Source of the DNA: a virus
DNA length: 64,000 bases
Virus record (IMG/VR): IMGVR_UViG_3300050821_005389
Location: 1 to 64,000 of that record
Direction: 5' to 3' (one strand)
The translations under genes were made by a program, and so were the position numbers. This document shows positions 47,522 to 57,603 of this stretch, piece after piece (positions within the stretch are counted from its first letter, which is position 1; each line of letters opens with the position of its first letter). Below the pieces are notes generated by a model. That model was not told where the DNA came from, did no database searches, and worked only from the letters and a program-made list of their open reading frames with translations.

Positions 47522-49748
47522 TCAGGCTCAAGCGCCTGCGTTTGACCCTAGTGCTCCGTATCAAGCAGCATCGACTCCTGCGATTCCGGCTTTTAATCCG
47601 AGTGCTCCTTATCAAACCGCACCTGTTACTCAAATACGCTATACAGCACCGGGCCAAGGCGTTCAAGAGTTCGTTAAAGGTTCTACTGACGAGCAACAGT
47701 TCTTGCAAAGATTTCCCGGTGCTAAAGCGATTCCCGGATCATACCAAAGACCTTTACAACCAAATGAACAAGTAGATACGGAAACGCCAGCGACTAGAAC
47801 GGCTCGACAAACGAAACAGGGCAAGCAGATGCTCGAAACAACAGGAGCGCTTGCCGGTTCGATTATAGCTCCTGAATTGTTGCCGGAAGCCGCTGGACTA
47901 TTAGCTACGTCTGCTGCCACAGCCGGAGGTGCGGCATTAGGGACAGCCGCTGGTCAAACTGCAATAGGTGAGAATCCGGTAAGTAAAGAAAACCTAGAAG
48001 AGTCCGGAAAGAATGCAGCGATCTACGGCGGCGGTAATCTCGTGTTTGGTGCCGGTGGTAAGCTACTCGGAAAAGTAGCAGATCGAGCTAAAGAGTTACT
48101 TACTCCTGTCGGCGATATCGGCGAAGAAGGTAATGCTCTTGTAGAAAAAATTGCCGGACAACCGATTGATCAGCAAAAAGTAGTTGCAAAGGTTCAGCAG
48201 GATTTAGGCAAGGCCGAGCAAAAGCTCCATCAAGATTACGAAGCAAAATTTAATCAGATTAGTCAGCGGGCCCAGAATCTTCCTGTCGATATCAATCAAA
48301 GTCCTTTACAACAGGCTGCCCAGAAATTACTGGTAGATACTAAAATCCCAGAAAATATTCGAGCCGCCTTAAAAGGAGTAGCACCGGATAGTGAACGATT
48401 AATTCCCTTATTGGAAGAATTCACCGGCAAAGAAGGTTCGCCGACTGTTTACACATTTGATGAAATCGAAGGAACCCGACAGGTCATAGGCGATCTATTC
48501 AGAAAGACGCCGTATGGTAGTCCGTTAAAACCTGATTTATATCAACTTCGAAGTGCAATTGATGACACTCTGGAGAAAGCGGTTACAGATGCGGGTCCGG
48601 CGTATAAGCCTGTACTAGACGATATGAAGGCTCTCCGCGCCAATTACGCTGATAAAATCGGAAGTTTTCATAATAAAGCTATCGAAGCTTTGCAAGATAA
48701 AAGCCCGGATATGGTCGCCGATATCTTGATGAACAAGCAGAACTCTATCGAGCGGGTCAAGGATCTTCAAAATCTCATAGGCGAAGAGAATATGAAGCCG
48801 GTAGAGGGCAGCATTCTGGATCGTCTGATCCAAAAAGCAACAGTCGGTTCCGGTGATACCGCTGTGATAAACGCGGATAAACTCCGCAATGCTTTCTCAA
48901 ATATCAGCCCGAACGTCAGACAAGCTATTTGGGGAGAAAATCTTCCTGCCGTTACTGATTTCATGGAAGGCGTAGTTAGAAATAATACTAAAGGCGTTGC
49001 GAGTCGGCGAGCCATAGCGCTTTTGTCTAAATACGGATTAGGAAACGGCGCCGCAGGCGGCGGTTTAACCGGCGGTATAATCGGACTGGTTCGAGGCGAC
49101 GATCCGGAAAAATTCTTAAGAGATGTCGCCATCGGTACAACTTTAGGTGCTGCCCCGAATTTAATTACCAGGTTTGGACCTAGTGCTATCGAGGGAATTG
49201 AGGGTTTAGAAGGCGCGGCTAGCGCGATTAAAGCATCTGGCGCTCCTTTAGTAGCAGAACGCGCAGCAGAGGCTAGTACAGCTTCGGCAGCTAGCGGTGA
49301 ACAGCCATCGGCTCCACCCGCCAAGATTGTAACTGCACCTAGAGAAGCAGAAGTGGCTCCTGACGTTCCCAGTTTAATCGACAAAGCTTCTGCCACTTAC
49401 GGTATCCCCGCCAACTTGCTTCGTGCCCAAGCTGGCGTCGAATCCGGTTTTGATAATGAAGCGGAAAGCCCGAAAGGTGCCAAGGGCGTTATGCAGTTAA
49501 TGCCCAAAACGGCGGAAGCTTTAGGTGTCGATCCTGAAGATCCGGAACAGAACGTTGACGGTGGCGCTCGGTATCTTAGCCAGTTGCATAAAAGATTTGG
49601 TCGATATGATCGAGCACTGGCTGCTTATAATTGGGGTCCGTCTAATGTGCAAACGGCGATTGATAAACACGGTGACAACTGGTTAGAATTTGCCCCGATC
49701 GAAACTCAGCGGTACGTTCATCAAATACTAAGACGCGCAATACAGTAG
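47508..49748 (+). CDS. Ejection protein with C-terminal lytic transglycosylase (SLT) domain
   Basis: ES.F...A.SPKGA.G.MQLMP.TA...N..GG.RYL...ALAAYNWG...ETQRYV; AGGAG RBS before ATG 47508. Confidence 0.85.
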   Translation: MGQDSQAQAPAFDPSAPYQAASTPAIPAFNPSAPYQTAPVTQIRYTAPGQGVQEFVKGSTDEQQFLQRFPGAKAIPGSYQRPLQPNEQVDTETPATRTARQTKQGKQMLETTGALAGSIIAPELLPEAAGLLATSAATAGGAALGTAAGQTAIGENPVSKENLEESGKNAAIYGGGNLVFGAGGKLLGKVADRAKELLTPVGDIGEEGNALVEKIAGQPIDQQKVVAKVQQDLGKAEQKLHQDYEAKFNQISQRAQNLPVDINQSPLQQAAQKLLVDTKIPENIRAALKGVAPDSERLIPLLEEFTGKEGSPTVYTFDEIEGTRQVIGDLFRKTPYGSPLKPDLYQLRSAIDDTLEKAVTDAGPAYKPVLDDMKALRANYADKIGSFHNKAIEALQDKSPDMVADILMNKQNSIERVKDLQNLIGEENMKPVEGSILDRLIQKATVGSGDTAVINADKLRNAFSNISPNVRQAIWGENLPAVTDFMEGVVRNNTKGVASRRAIALLSKYGLGNGAAGGGLTGGIIGLVRGDDPEKFLRDVAIGTTLGAAPNLITRFGPSAIEGIEGLEGAASAIKASGAPLVAERAAEASTASAASGEQPSAPPAKIVTAPREAEVAPDVPSLIDKASATYGIPANLLRAQAGVESGFDNEAESPKGAKGVMQLMPKTAEALGVDPEDPEQNVDGGARYLSQLHKRFGRYDRALAAYNWGPSNVQTAIDKHGDNWLEFAPIETQRYVHQILRRAIQ

Positions 49749-49754
49749 AGGGCC

Positions 49755-50771
49755 ATGCAAGCAAGACTAGGAATCGCATATAAAAATTTTGCAGCTTGGC
49801 GCGGAATTTCTCACGTCGGTCTCGGCATAGCGGCTCAAGCTAATGCTGAGTATCTTAACGCGCATGGCGAGCACGCCGTCGTTTTTCCTGTTCGTCATAA
49901 TATAGATATCGTTAATTCTATAAACCAATACAATTCCGAACACGCCGAACCTCTTACGCACGTAGTTATTTCAGCACCTTGGTTAAGTTGTCGCGACATG
50001 GCGGCTCTTGTAGAACACTTTAAGATGATCCAGTTCGCCATTGTAAGTCATTCTAATGTTGGATTCCTTCAAGCCGATCCTAGTGGAATAGCACTTCTTC
50101 GGGATTATATCGAGCTTTCGTACAAATACGATAATTTAACCGTCGGCGGTAACAGCGAACGATTTACTAAATGGCTATCAGAAGCTTACGATACTTTTAC
50201 CGTACTATTGCCGAATATGTACCCGATCCCAGCTTTTGTTCCGCATAAGTCATTGGGCGACGTAATCCGAATCGGATCGTTCGGGGCGATCCGACCGCTG
50301 AAGAATCAACTGACAGCAGCCGCGGCAGCTATAATTATAGGTGAGAGACTTGAGAAACCAATCGAGTTTCATCTCAGCGCTGGCCGCGAAGAAGGCGGTG
50401 GCAACATCGTTTTAAGCGCCATCCAACAGATGGTAAAAGACGTTCTCGGTTTTACTTTAGTCTTAGACGGTTGGAGTCCCTGGTCGGATTTTAATGAAAC
50501 CGTAGCCAATATGGACTTATTAATTCATCCGAGTTATACTGAATCATTCAATATTGTTTCAGCCGACGGTATTAGTCAAGGTGTACCGGTCGTCGGATCA
50601 ACGGCTATCAACTGGCTACCGAAAGACTGGCAGGCTGATTCGGACGACGCTGTTGAGATAGCTGAACGAGGGATACAACTTCTAGGCAAAGGTGTGCATC
50701 AAGGAATAGAAGCGCTTACAGAACACAATCATTTTGGATTTAAGCACTGGAAAAAGTTCCTAGCTTCGTAA
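49755..50771 (+). CDS. Glycosyltransferase (GT-B, family 4-like)
   Basis: IGSFGAIRPLKN...MDL...PSYTESFNIV.AD.I..GVPVV. Confidence 0.75.
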   Translation: MQARLGIAYKNFAAWRGISHVGLGIAAQANAEYLNAHGEHAVVFPVRHNIDIVNSINQYNSEHAEPLTHVVISAPWLSCRDMAALVEHFKMIQFAIVSHSNVGFLQADPSGIALLRDYIELSYKYDNLTVGGNSERFTKWLSEAYDTFTVLLPNMYPIPAFVPHKSLGDVIRIGSFGAIRPLKNQLTAAAAAIIIGERLEKPIEFHLSAGREEGGGNIVLSAIQQMVKDVLGFTLVLDGWSPWSDFNETVANMDLLIHPSYTESFNIVSADGISQGVPVVGSTAINWLPKDWQADSDDAVEIAERGIQLLGKGVHQGIEALTEHNHFGFKHWKKFLAS

Positions 50772-50780
50772 AGGGTAGAC

Positions 50781-50808
50781 TTGACAATTACTAGTCTAGG
50801 TGTACAAT
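50781..50808 (+). promoter_or_regulatory. sigma70-like promoter
   Basis: TTGACA-N16-TACAAT. Confidence 0.6.
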
Positions 50809-50825
50809 AGAAATAGGAGGTAGTA

Positions 50826-50966
50826 ATGGGTAAAGGTTATGGGGATAAATTAGCATCGGGTAGTGTCAAAGCTACATTCCCGACGACAGAACATAGAATG
50901 ACCGACGAAGAGTGGCAAGCAATGTTCCAGCCAGAAAAACCGGAAGAAAAACCAAAACAAGAATGA
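50826..50966 (+). CDS. Small protein, 46 aa (MGKGYGDK...; not in ORF track)
   Basis: AGGAGG RBS; ATGA coupling to next gene. Confidence 0.65.
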   Translation: MGKGYGDKLASGSVKATFPTTEHRMTDEEWQAMFQPEKPEEKPKQE

Positions 50967-51745
50967 TTCAAGATTCGGTTTTTTGTATTCCTACAGCGAA
51001 GCGACCCGAGTTCCTTGCATTATGTCTTGAGAAACTAGCAAAAATTCCCGATATTGAGCAAGCCGATATTCGTATATTTTTAGATACTTGTACAGACGAA
51101 CGACTAACCGACGTTGAATATTGTCGTGATACTTTTCTTCCTGTAGCCGAAATTTTCAGGGCCGATAAGCATGTTTTCGCATTAAGCGGATGCTGGAATA
51201 TTTTAAGAAGCTTGCACGAAGGCTGGCGAACTAATAAGGAATACGTATTTTTTGTAGAAGAAGATGTATTAGTCTTACCGACCTTTACGAAGTTTCATTG
51301 GAACGTACACAATTCCGGTAACTATTTCGTGACGTGTGGGCGCCGTCATTCCAGTATGCCGTTGGATTTTTACAGCAATCCCGGTACTTGCTATCGTCAT
51401 AAATCACTCGATCACGTCGTACCGCACATCAACGATGATTATTTTCGAGACACGACTGTTTATCTCGACAAACACTTCCCTGGTATGAAAGGTATGGACG
51501 GCACATTGGATGACGGATTGATTCGTAAAGTTCAACGTTCGGTGAACGGTAAAGTTTTATGTGCTGAACCGCCTGTGGCGTTTCATTCCGGATTTCATTA
51601 TTATGATCGACTTGAAGAATATAAAAACAAAGGTGTAACGATTCAAGAACGTATCGAGTATCTTCGTAAAATGCTTCCAACTTTAACCAAACAGTCAAGG
51701 TACACGCATGACTGGGAGCCGTATATTGAACCTGTCGGCTGCTAA
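50963..51745 (+). CDS. Glycosyltransferase-like protein (GT-A fold)
   Basis: IPTAKRPEFL...L...VFFVEEDV...DDGLI...FH.G; start at ATG 50963. Confidence 0.65.
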   Translation: MIQDSVFCIPTAKRPEFLALCLEKLAKIPDIEQADIRIFLDTCTDERLTDVEYCRDTFLPVAEIFRADKHVFALSGCWNILRSLHEGWRTNKEYVFFVEEDVLVLPTFTKFHWNVHNSGNYFVTCGRRHSSMPLDFYSNPGTCYRHKSLDHVVPHINDDYFRDTTVYLDKHFPGMKGMDGTLDDGLIRKVQRSVNGKVLCAEPPVAFHSGFHYYDRLEEYKNKGVTIQERIEYLRKMLPTLTKQSRYTHDWEPYIEPVGC

Positions 51746-53024
51746 AAAGTTCTTTAGAAAATCTAAGGCCCAAGTGAAAGAACCCGTTCTTGTCGACGTA
51801 AATAAAATGACGCCGGAAGCGCAGTCGTTGGAAAAGTACTTGCTTCGAGGTATTGTGGGACAAGACAGAGCAGTTCACCAACTAGTGAGAGCGTTTGAAT
51901 CGTATCAAGCGGGTATCGAGGATCCCACCAAGCCATTATCCAATCTATTGTTTCTCGGTCCAACCGGCGCGGGTAAAACACGTACTATAGAAGTTTTTTG
52001 TGAATACTTCTGGGGCAGTCCGAACGCGATGATTAAAATGGATTGTTCTGAATTTACTCATAGTCATGAAATCGCTAAGTTGATCGGATCCCCGCCTGGG
52101 TATCTTGGACATAAGGAAACGCAGGCTAGGATCTGTAAATCCAAATTAGAAGCGTATTGGGACCGCGGACCTAAGTTTTCTGTCCTGTTGTTTGACGAGA
52201 TAGAAAAGGGTCATTCCGATCTTCACCAGTTGCTTTTGGGTATTATGGATAAGGGTATTCTGACTCTAGGAACTAATGATGAAGTTGATTTGAAAAAATG
52301 TTTCGTTATCATGACCTCGAATTTAGGCGCGAAGGCCGTTAGTAAGCATTTAAATAGTCGCGAAATTGGTTACGCTAATAAAGAAGACACAAACGAGAAA
52401 ATAGATCAAGCCATTTATAAAACCAGCATGGCAGCCGTCAAGAAATTCTTTGAACCAGAGTTCGTCAATCGCGTCGACAGGGTTATAGTATTTCGAGCAT
52501 TATCCGATGATACGATCCGGTCTATTTTAGATCTCGAACTAGAAAAGGTGCAGCGCCGCCTAAAGGACTCTAATAAATATATCGTTATAGGATGCTCTAA
52601 GCCAGCCAAAGAATTCTTGATTAAAGAAGGCACGAATTCCGAATTCGGTGCTCGCGAGCTTCGCCGAACGGTCGAGCGGGAAGTTGTTAATAAATTAGCT
52701 CGTGTGATAGCAACTAAGCAAGCCGTAGACGGCGATCTTATCAAAATAGAATACAATACCGGAGATAAGAATTTAACGTTTTCAGTATTTAAAAATGTCG
52801 TAGATATTCCGAAAATTAAACCCGCGCCAGTTGAAGAGTCGGAGAAGAAGCCTGTTGCTCCTAGTCAGGAAGATAAAACAGTTAATATGACGCAGGAGTT
52901 CGGTGACGTTGCTATTTGTTTCGTTCTGCCAAATATGGAGCCGTGTATCGGCTGTGGCGCAAGGTATTTACATCGAACTGACTGTCCTGAGAAAAAGGAA
53001 AACAATCCGTATGTTAAAAATTAA
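51708..53024 (+). CDS. ClpA/ClpB-family AAA+ ATPase, second nucleotide-binding domain only
   Basis: IVGQD.AV...LFLGPTGAGKT...DCSEF...LIGSPPGYLG...LFDEIEK.H...IMTSNLG...PEFVNR.D...FGARELRR. Confidence 0.9.
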   Translation: MTGSRILNLSAAKKFFRKSKAQVKEPVLVDVNKMTPEAQSLEKYLLRGIVGQDRAVHQLVRAFESYQAGIEDPTKPLSNLLFLGPTGAGKTRTIEVFCEYFWGSPNAMIKMDCSEFTHSHEIAKLIGSPPGYLGHKETQARICKSKLEAYWDRGPKFSVLLFDEIEKGHSDLHQLLLGIMDKGILTLGTNDEVDLKKCFVIMTSNLGAKAVSKHLNSREIGYANKEDTNEKIDQAIYKTSMAAVKKFFEPEFVNRVDRVIVFRALSDDTIRSILDLELEKVQRRLKDSNKYIVIGCSKPAKEFLIKEGTNSEFGARELRRTVEREVVNKLARVIATKQAVDGDLIKIEYNTGDKNLTFSVFKNVVDIPKIKPAPVEESEKKPVAPSQEDKTVNMTQEFGDVAICFVLPNMEPCIGCGARYLHRTDCPEKKENNPYVKN

Positions 53025-53370
53025 ACTAATAGCTTTATTCTTGTTTCTGTTCATTTGCACCGGTACGGCGTTCGGTCAAGGTACTTCGGTTCCGCCGCTG
53101 AATTCGACGGCAGTTGATACGGGATGTGCTAGCTTTTCTGCTTGTACTTATACGGATTTAAATGTTCCTCCAGGTCAACATTTTTATTTTGTCATCGCGA
53201 TGAACGCGGCTGGCTATAGCGGACCGTCAAACGCTTTTTATTGCACCGTGCCAGCGGGCAGTCATAACGTCGTATTAAACTGGAATCCTAGTAATTCAGA
53301 TCCTACAGTCGGGTACTTTCTTTGGAGGGGAGCTCCGCCGACCAATATTAATGCGATCGGCACGTTCTGA
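53011..53370 (+). CDS. Secreted Fn3-like protein (start probably ATG 53011)
   Basis: Signal peptide MLKIKLIALFLFLFICTGTAFG; YTD...FYFV.A.N..G.S.PSN. Confidence 0.6.
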   Translation: MLKIKLIALFLFLFICTGTAFGQGTSVPPLNSTAVDTGCASFSACTYTDLNVPPGQHFYFVIAMNAAGYSGPSNAFYCTVPAGSHNVVLNWNPSNSDPTVGYFLWRGAPPTNINAIGTF

Positions 53371-53618
53371 TGTTCGGTCGTCGTTCTATAAAACTCACTT
53401 GGCACCCGTCGCCTGAACGCGTTGATGGATATTACGTCTACCGAGGAAGAAATTCTGGTCAAGAAGGATTACTTCCTGTTAATAAAACGATTGTATTAGG
53501 AACTAGTTATACTGACCAAGTCCCAATTATAGGAACTTTTTATTACGTAGTACGATCTAGTCGTAATGGCGTTTTTTCTAAGCCTTCTAATGAAGTTAAG
53601 ACAAAGAGATTATTTTAA
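53370..53618 (+). CDS. Single Fn3-like domain protein
   Basis: LTW...VDGYYVYRG..SG.E...N.....TSYTD......YYVV.S..NGV.S..SNEV. Confidence 0.7.
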   Translation: MFGRRSIKLTWHPSPERVDGYYVYRGRNSGQEGLLPVNKTIVLGTSYTDQVPIIGTFYYVVRSSRNGVFSKPSNEVKTKRLF

Positions 53619-53636
53619 CATTTTTTAAGGAGAAAC

Positions 53637-53915
53637 ATGGCACATTCTGTAAATCTTAGTTGGACCGGTTCGGCAGATTCGGTTTCCGGTTACAATGTTT
53701 ATCGTGGATCTTCGGCTGGAGGAGAAGGTCCGACACCGCTTAACGCGGCGTTGATCACCGGTACGACTTTCGATGATACTACAGTTGTTCCCGGTAATTG
53801 GTTCTACGTTGTCAAATCAGTTTTAAATGGCGTTTCGTCACAAGCTAGTAATGAAGTAGAAGCTACGATTCTTCCTGCTCCTCCTTCCGCTCTAGTCATA
53901 GTCTCAGAAAATTAA
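53637..53915 (+). CDS. Single Fn3-like domain protein
   Basis: HSVNLSW...VSGYNVYRG..AGGE...LN...ITGTTF.D...FYVV.S..NGV.S..SNEV. Confidence 0.75.
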   Translation: MAHSVNLSWTGSADSVSGYNVYRGSSAGGEGPTPLNAALITGTTFDDTTVVPGNWFYVVKSVLNGVSSQASNEVEATILPAPPSALVIVSEN

Positions 53916-53941
53916 CTAAGAATAAAATTTTAAAATTCAAG

Positions 53942-53969
53942 GGAGACGGCACGTAGCGTCTCCTTTTTT
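53942..53969 (+). terminator. Intrinsic terminator
   Basis: GGAGACG/CGTCTCC stem plus TTTTTT. Confidence 0.7.
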
Positions 53970-53984
53970 ATTTAGGAGAAATTC

Positions 53985-54431
53985 ATGGCGGGAGAAAAGG
54001 GAAACCAAAATTCGATCGGGTTTCTTTCTTTATTATTTCAGGCAGTCGTTTCTACAAGTTATGCTAACCTGGCAGCTAACTCCGGCAGCAGTCCACTGAC
54101 AGTTCTTTACGTCAGTCTTCATACAGCCGATCCAGGTGCCGGCGGTAACCAAAACACGTCGGAAGCTGCTTATACTGGCTATGCTCGCGTATCAGTAGCT
54201 AGAACTACGGGCGGTTGGTCGATTTCAGGTGAAACGATTACAAACGTTTCATCTATTACTTTTCCAGCTTGCACTGGCGGCTCAGAAACAGAAACAAACG
54301 TCGGCATCGGTACAGCCTCGTCCGGAGCGGGTATTTTGCTTTGGACTGGTCCGTTGACGGCTTCGTTGGCTGTCTCTAGCGGTATTACGCCTTCATTTGG
54401 TGCGGGCGAATTGTCAGTGACCGAGGGATGA
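53985..54431 (+). CDS. Phage tail-fibre-associated structural protein
   Basis: LYVSLHTADPG..G.Q.TSE..Y.GYARV.V.R...GW motif. Confidence 0.75.
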   Translation: MAGEKGNQNSIGFLSLLFQAVVSTSYANLAANSGSSPLTVLYVSLHTADPGAGGNQNTSEAAYTGYARVSVARTTGGWSISGETITNVSSITFPACTGGSETETNVGIGTASSGAGILLWTGPLTASLAVSSGITPSFGAGELSVTEG

Positions 54432-54436
54432 CCTAG

Positions 54437-55357
54437 ATGCCAACTCCAAATACTATACCAATTACTCCGGGTACAGGACAAAACCTGGATTCTTTACAAG
54501 TATCCACTTCGGCCGGAACGGTCAGCAGAGAAGTAGTCACAATAGGTGATGCATCCACGGGAGCGAACGTGGCTGCAGTAAGTTCGGTTGGTGCAGTAAG
54601 CACGAATTTAACACAAGTAGCAGGAAGTTCTGTAATAGCCATCGCGACAGGTATTCAAGCCGTGGGCACTTTGGGCCATAACGGACTTAGTTTTGATAAT
54701 CCTTCGGGATCCGCGCCACCTTCAAGTGCGCTTTGGATCGGCTATAAAGTAAGCGGCGTGGATTTTGAAGGTGTATCTCTTTCTAATCCGCTGCCAGAAA
54801 ATATAGCTCAAATTGCCGGTAGCACTGTAACCACGGCCGCAACCGGCGTCCAGCAAGTCGGCGTAGTCGGTAACGCAGGCGCCGCTTTCGACGCCGCTAC
54901 AGCCGCCCCTGTCCCTGCCAATGCTATTCAACAGGGCGTTCGAGCCGCTACTGCATATCCAACAGCCGTAACAAACGGCCAATTAGTCGGCGCAATGTCA
55001 GATAAAGCAGGTCGTGCCGCCGTCGTCCTTAATTCGCCTCGAGATCTTGTCGGTACGGCAGCTTTAACTTCTGCTTCTGGTTCAGCTACTAGTTTCATTG
55101 CCGCCGGAGCTGCCAACGTATTCAACGATATCGTATCACTGGTGATTACTAACTCAACTGCGACAGCTACCACAGTAACATTAAGCGATAACGGTTCCGG
55201 CGGCAATACATATCTTTTCGATCTCGCCGGTAACGGCGGTATCGTTATGAATTTTCCTACGCCTCTTCCTCAAGGAACTGCTGCTGCTGCTTGGGATGTA
55301 CTTAATAGCGCAGCAGTTTCACTACATTATACTTGTATCTTTATTAAAAATAAATAG
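54437..55357 (+). CDS. Putative structural protein
   Basis: Ala/Gly/Thr-rich; N..Q.AGS.V..ATG.Q.VG..G..G..FD repeat. Confidence 0.65.
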   Translation: MPTPNTIPITPGTGQNLDSLQVSTSAGTVSREVVTIGDASTGANVAAVSSVGAVSTNLTQVAGSSVIAIATGIQAVGTLGHNGLSFDNPSGSAPPSSALWIGYKVSGVDFEGVSLSNPLPENIAQIAGSTVTTAATGVQQVGVVGNAGAAFDAATAAPVPANAIQQGVRAATAYPTAVTNGQLVGAMSDKAGRAAVVLNSPRDLVGTAALTSASGSATSFIAAGAANVFNDIVSLVITNSTATATTVTLSDNGSGGNTYLFDLAGNGGIVMNFPTPLPQGTAAAAWDVLNSAAVSLHYTCIFIKNK

Positions 55358-56017
55358 ATGGCCATTTCATTTGTAGGCGGAGCTTCCGCCGTCAGTTCTA
55401 GTGGTAGTACTGTCGCAGTTACTTATTCTCCTACTGCGGGAAATACAGTTATTGTTCTGGTGTCCTGCACTTCGACACAATCGGTTTCGGGCGTCGTCGA
55501 TAATGCTACCGGCGGGAGCTCTACGTATACTCAACAAGTAACCGTGGCCAACGGTTGCGATGTAGAAATTTGGTCAACTACGGTAAACGGTGCGAAAGCT
55601 GGCGCCACAACTATTACGGCCACCGTGACAGGCTCGACTCAAAAACCAGTTGCTTGTGTCGTAGAATATTCCGGCGTTACTAACTTCGGAAATACGGCTA
55701 ATAATACCGGAGCTACTACACCACTGACTGTTACGATTACAGCCCAAGATAATAACAGCGTTTTAATCGCCGGCTACGGGCAAAAATATTCCGGAACATT
55801 TACTCAAATTACCGGAAATCTCCGAGAAAAATCCGGACCGAGTAGCAACGGAAACGTCAATTGCGCTATCGTTGAGGATGCGGTTGTAGCTGCGGGTAGT
55901 GCGGTAATTTCATTGCACGGTACTACAGTGAATTATGGCGCCGTTGCTTTAGAACTTCTTCAAGCCGCCGCAACCGGACCTAATAACCAGTTAATGATGA
56001 CAGGCGCTGGAACATAG
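55358..56017 (+). CDS. Putative structural protein
   Basis: MAISFVG...TAGNT.IV...VVEYSGV pattern. Confidence 0.65.
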   Translation: MAISFVGGASAVSSSGSTVAVTYSPTAGNTVIVLVSCTSTQSVSGVVDNATGGSSTYTQQVTVANGCDVEIWSTTVNGAKAGATTITATVTGSTQKPVACVVEYSGVTNFGNTANNTGATTPLTVTITAQDNNSVLIAGYGQKYSGTFTQITGNLREKSGPSSNGNVNCAIVEDAVVAAGSAVISLHGTTVNYGAVALELLQAAATGPNNQLMMTGAGT

Positions 56018-56040
56018 TTAGAAGAATTTAGGAGTCAAGC

Positions 56041-57603
56041 TTGATAGCAGCAATTCTGGCTACCCGAGGTGCAGCTAGTAACCTCGCAGCGGCGATTAAT
56101 GGCCACGGATCTGTAACCGGAACATTAAGCACGCCCGGCCAGATTCAAGCCTCTGTAGCAGGTCATGCCTCAGTCTCAGGTCTTTTAATTCAAGCACATC
56201 ATGTAAATGTTACTTGGACTGCTGCGTCTGATCAGGTAGATGGTTACAATGTTTACCGTGGGTCGACTTCGGGCGGTGAAAGCGGAGTTCCGCTTAATTC
56301 TAGTATTATTACTGGTACTAGTTTCATAGACTACAGTCCGAATCTCGGACCTAATTTTTACATCGTAAGGTCAAGTATAGCGGGCGTTCTTAGCCAGATC
56401 TCGCCGGAAGTTGAAGTATTTATTGGCCAACAAGCTAGTTTTGGCGGTCACGCCACTGTTGGCGGAACGCTTATCGGTAAAACGGCATTAGTTTCCGCTA
56501 TTACCGGACACGCGTCTATTACAGCAACTGGTCCGGGAATTGGCAAGTTAATTGCATCGATCAATGGTCGCGCTTCTGTCTCGGGAACTTTATTTGGTAA
56601 AGCGGCTTTAATAGGATCCGTCGCGGGTCAAGCATCTGTTTCCGGAACGATTCAAGCAGTTCATACTACGTCTTCGGCGATAACTGGACACGCCACAGTT
56701 TCTGGAACGGCTGGCTCTTTTGGATTTTTGCAGTCAAGTATTACCGGGCACGCGACTGTTTTCGCAACGCCTCCTGGATTTGGACATTTACTAGCATCGG
56801 TTAATGGTCAAGCTACTGTCTCCGGACATATCGCCGGCGGCAGCCATATGGTCGGTAATATAAAAGGCCAAGCTACCGTTACCGGAACTTTAACCGGTCA
56901 AGCTATTATCGTACCGATATTCGCTAATATAAATGGCCAAGCCGTAGTTTCTTGTTCGCTAAATGGTCTTCAATTAACGCCACCACTATTTACTTTTGGT
57001 GTCTCGAGTCAAAATCCTGCTATATTAAATTTTACGCAGACTAGTGAAAGTAATTTTTATAAACCGGATATTTCGCCTTCGGGAAGTTTCTGGCCGTTAT
57101 CAGCTTTACCGGTCAATCAAGGTCAGTTAGGATGGGAAGCCGCTCGTAACCAGTTGTTAGTCCTACCTAGCTACGCATGGCTAGGAAGCCACCCAGCTAA
57201 AATTAATGCCGCTGGATATGTTTTAGCTCCGCGACAATCCCGTGGTGAATTTAATATCGTACTGTTACAGAATTATTTTCAGCAGACAGGGAGCGGTCCG
57301 GCAGGTATTGTAGTTTATAGCGATACATTAGCAACGTTTCCATTGAATAATATAATCGATCCCGGCACAACATGGCGTTGGAGTCTTCAAGCAGGTTTAA
57401 CCATCGGAAACGGTGGTATTGGCTGCGGGTATTCTATCACGCTGAACGGTACGACTTTTTACGGATCTGGTTTTTCTAATAGATACCAACAATTTAACAA
57501 AATCGTACAACCCGTCCAGTTAAGTATCGCTGGTTTCTTCTCCGGAACTACCTTTGGTTCTGATTTTTGCCAGTTGGGTTTGACCCAGTTCGAAGTTCGT
57601 TAA
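56041..57603 (+). CDS. Structural protein with (I/V).G(H/Q)A(S/T)V.G repeats and an embedded Fn3-like domain
   Basis: AGGAG RBS before TTG; roughly 19-aa repeats; VDGYNVYRGSTSGGE. Confidence 0.7.
   Translation: MIAAILATRGAASNLAAAINGHGSVTGTLSTPGQIQASVAGHASVSGLLIQAHHVNVTWTAASDQVDGYNVYRGSTSGGESGVPLNSSIITGTSFIDYSPNLGPNFYIVRSSIAGVLSQISPEVEVFIGQQASFGGHATVGGTLIGKTALVSAITGHASITATGPGIGKLIASINGRASVSGTLFGKAALIGSVAGQASVSGTIQAVHTTSSAITGHATVSGTAGSFGFLQSSITGHATVFATPPGFGHLLASVNGQATVSGHIAGGSHMVGNIKGQATVTGTLTGQAIIVPIFANINGQAVVSCSLNGLQLTPPLFTFGVSSQNPAILNFTQTSESNFYKPDISPSGSFWPLSALPVNQGQLGWEAARNQLLVLPSYAWLGSHPAKINAAGYVLAPRQSRGEFNIVLLQNYFQQTGSGPAGIVVYSDTLATFPLNNIIDPGTTWRWSLQAGLTIGNGGIGCGYSITLNGTTFYGSGFSNRYQQFNKIVQPVQLSIAGFFSGTTFGSDFCQLGLTQFEVR

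Noticed and set aside
48767-49396. Minus-strand 209-aa ORF and similar antisense ORFs across the late region
   Set aside because: Shadows of well-supported plus-strand genes, with no RBS or motifs.
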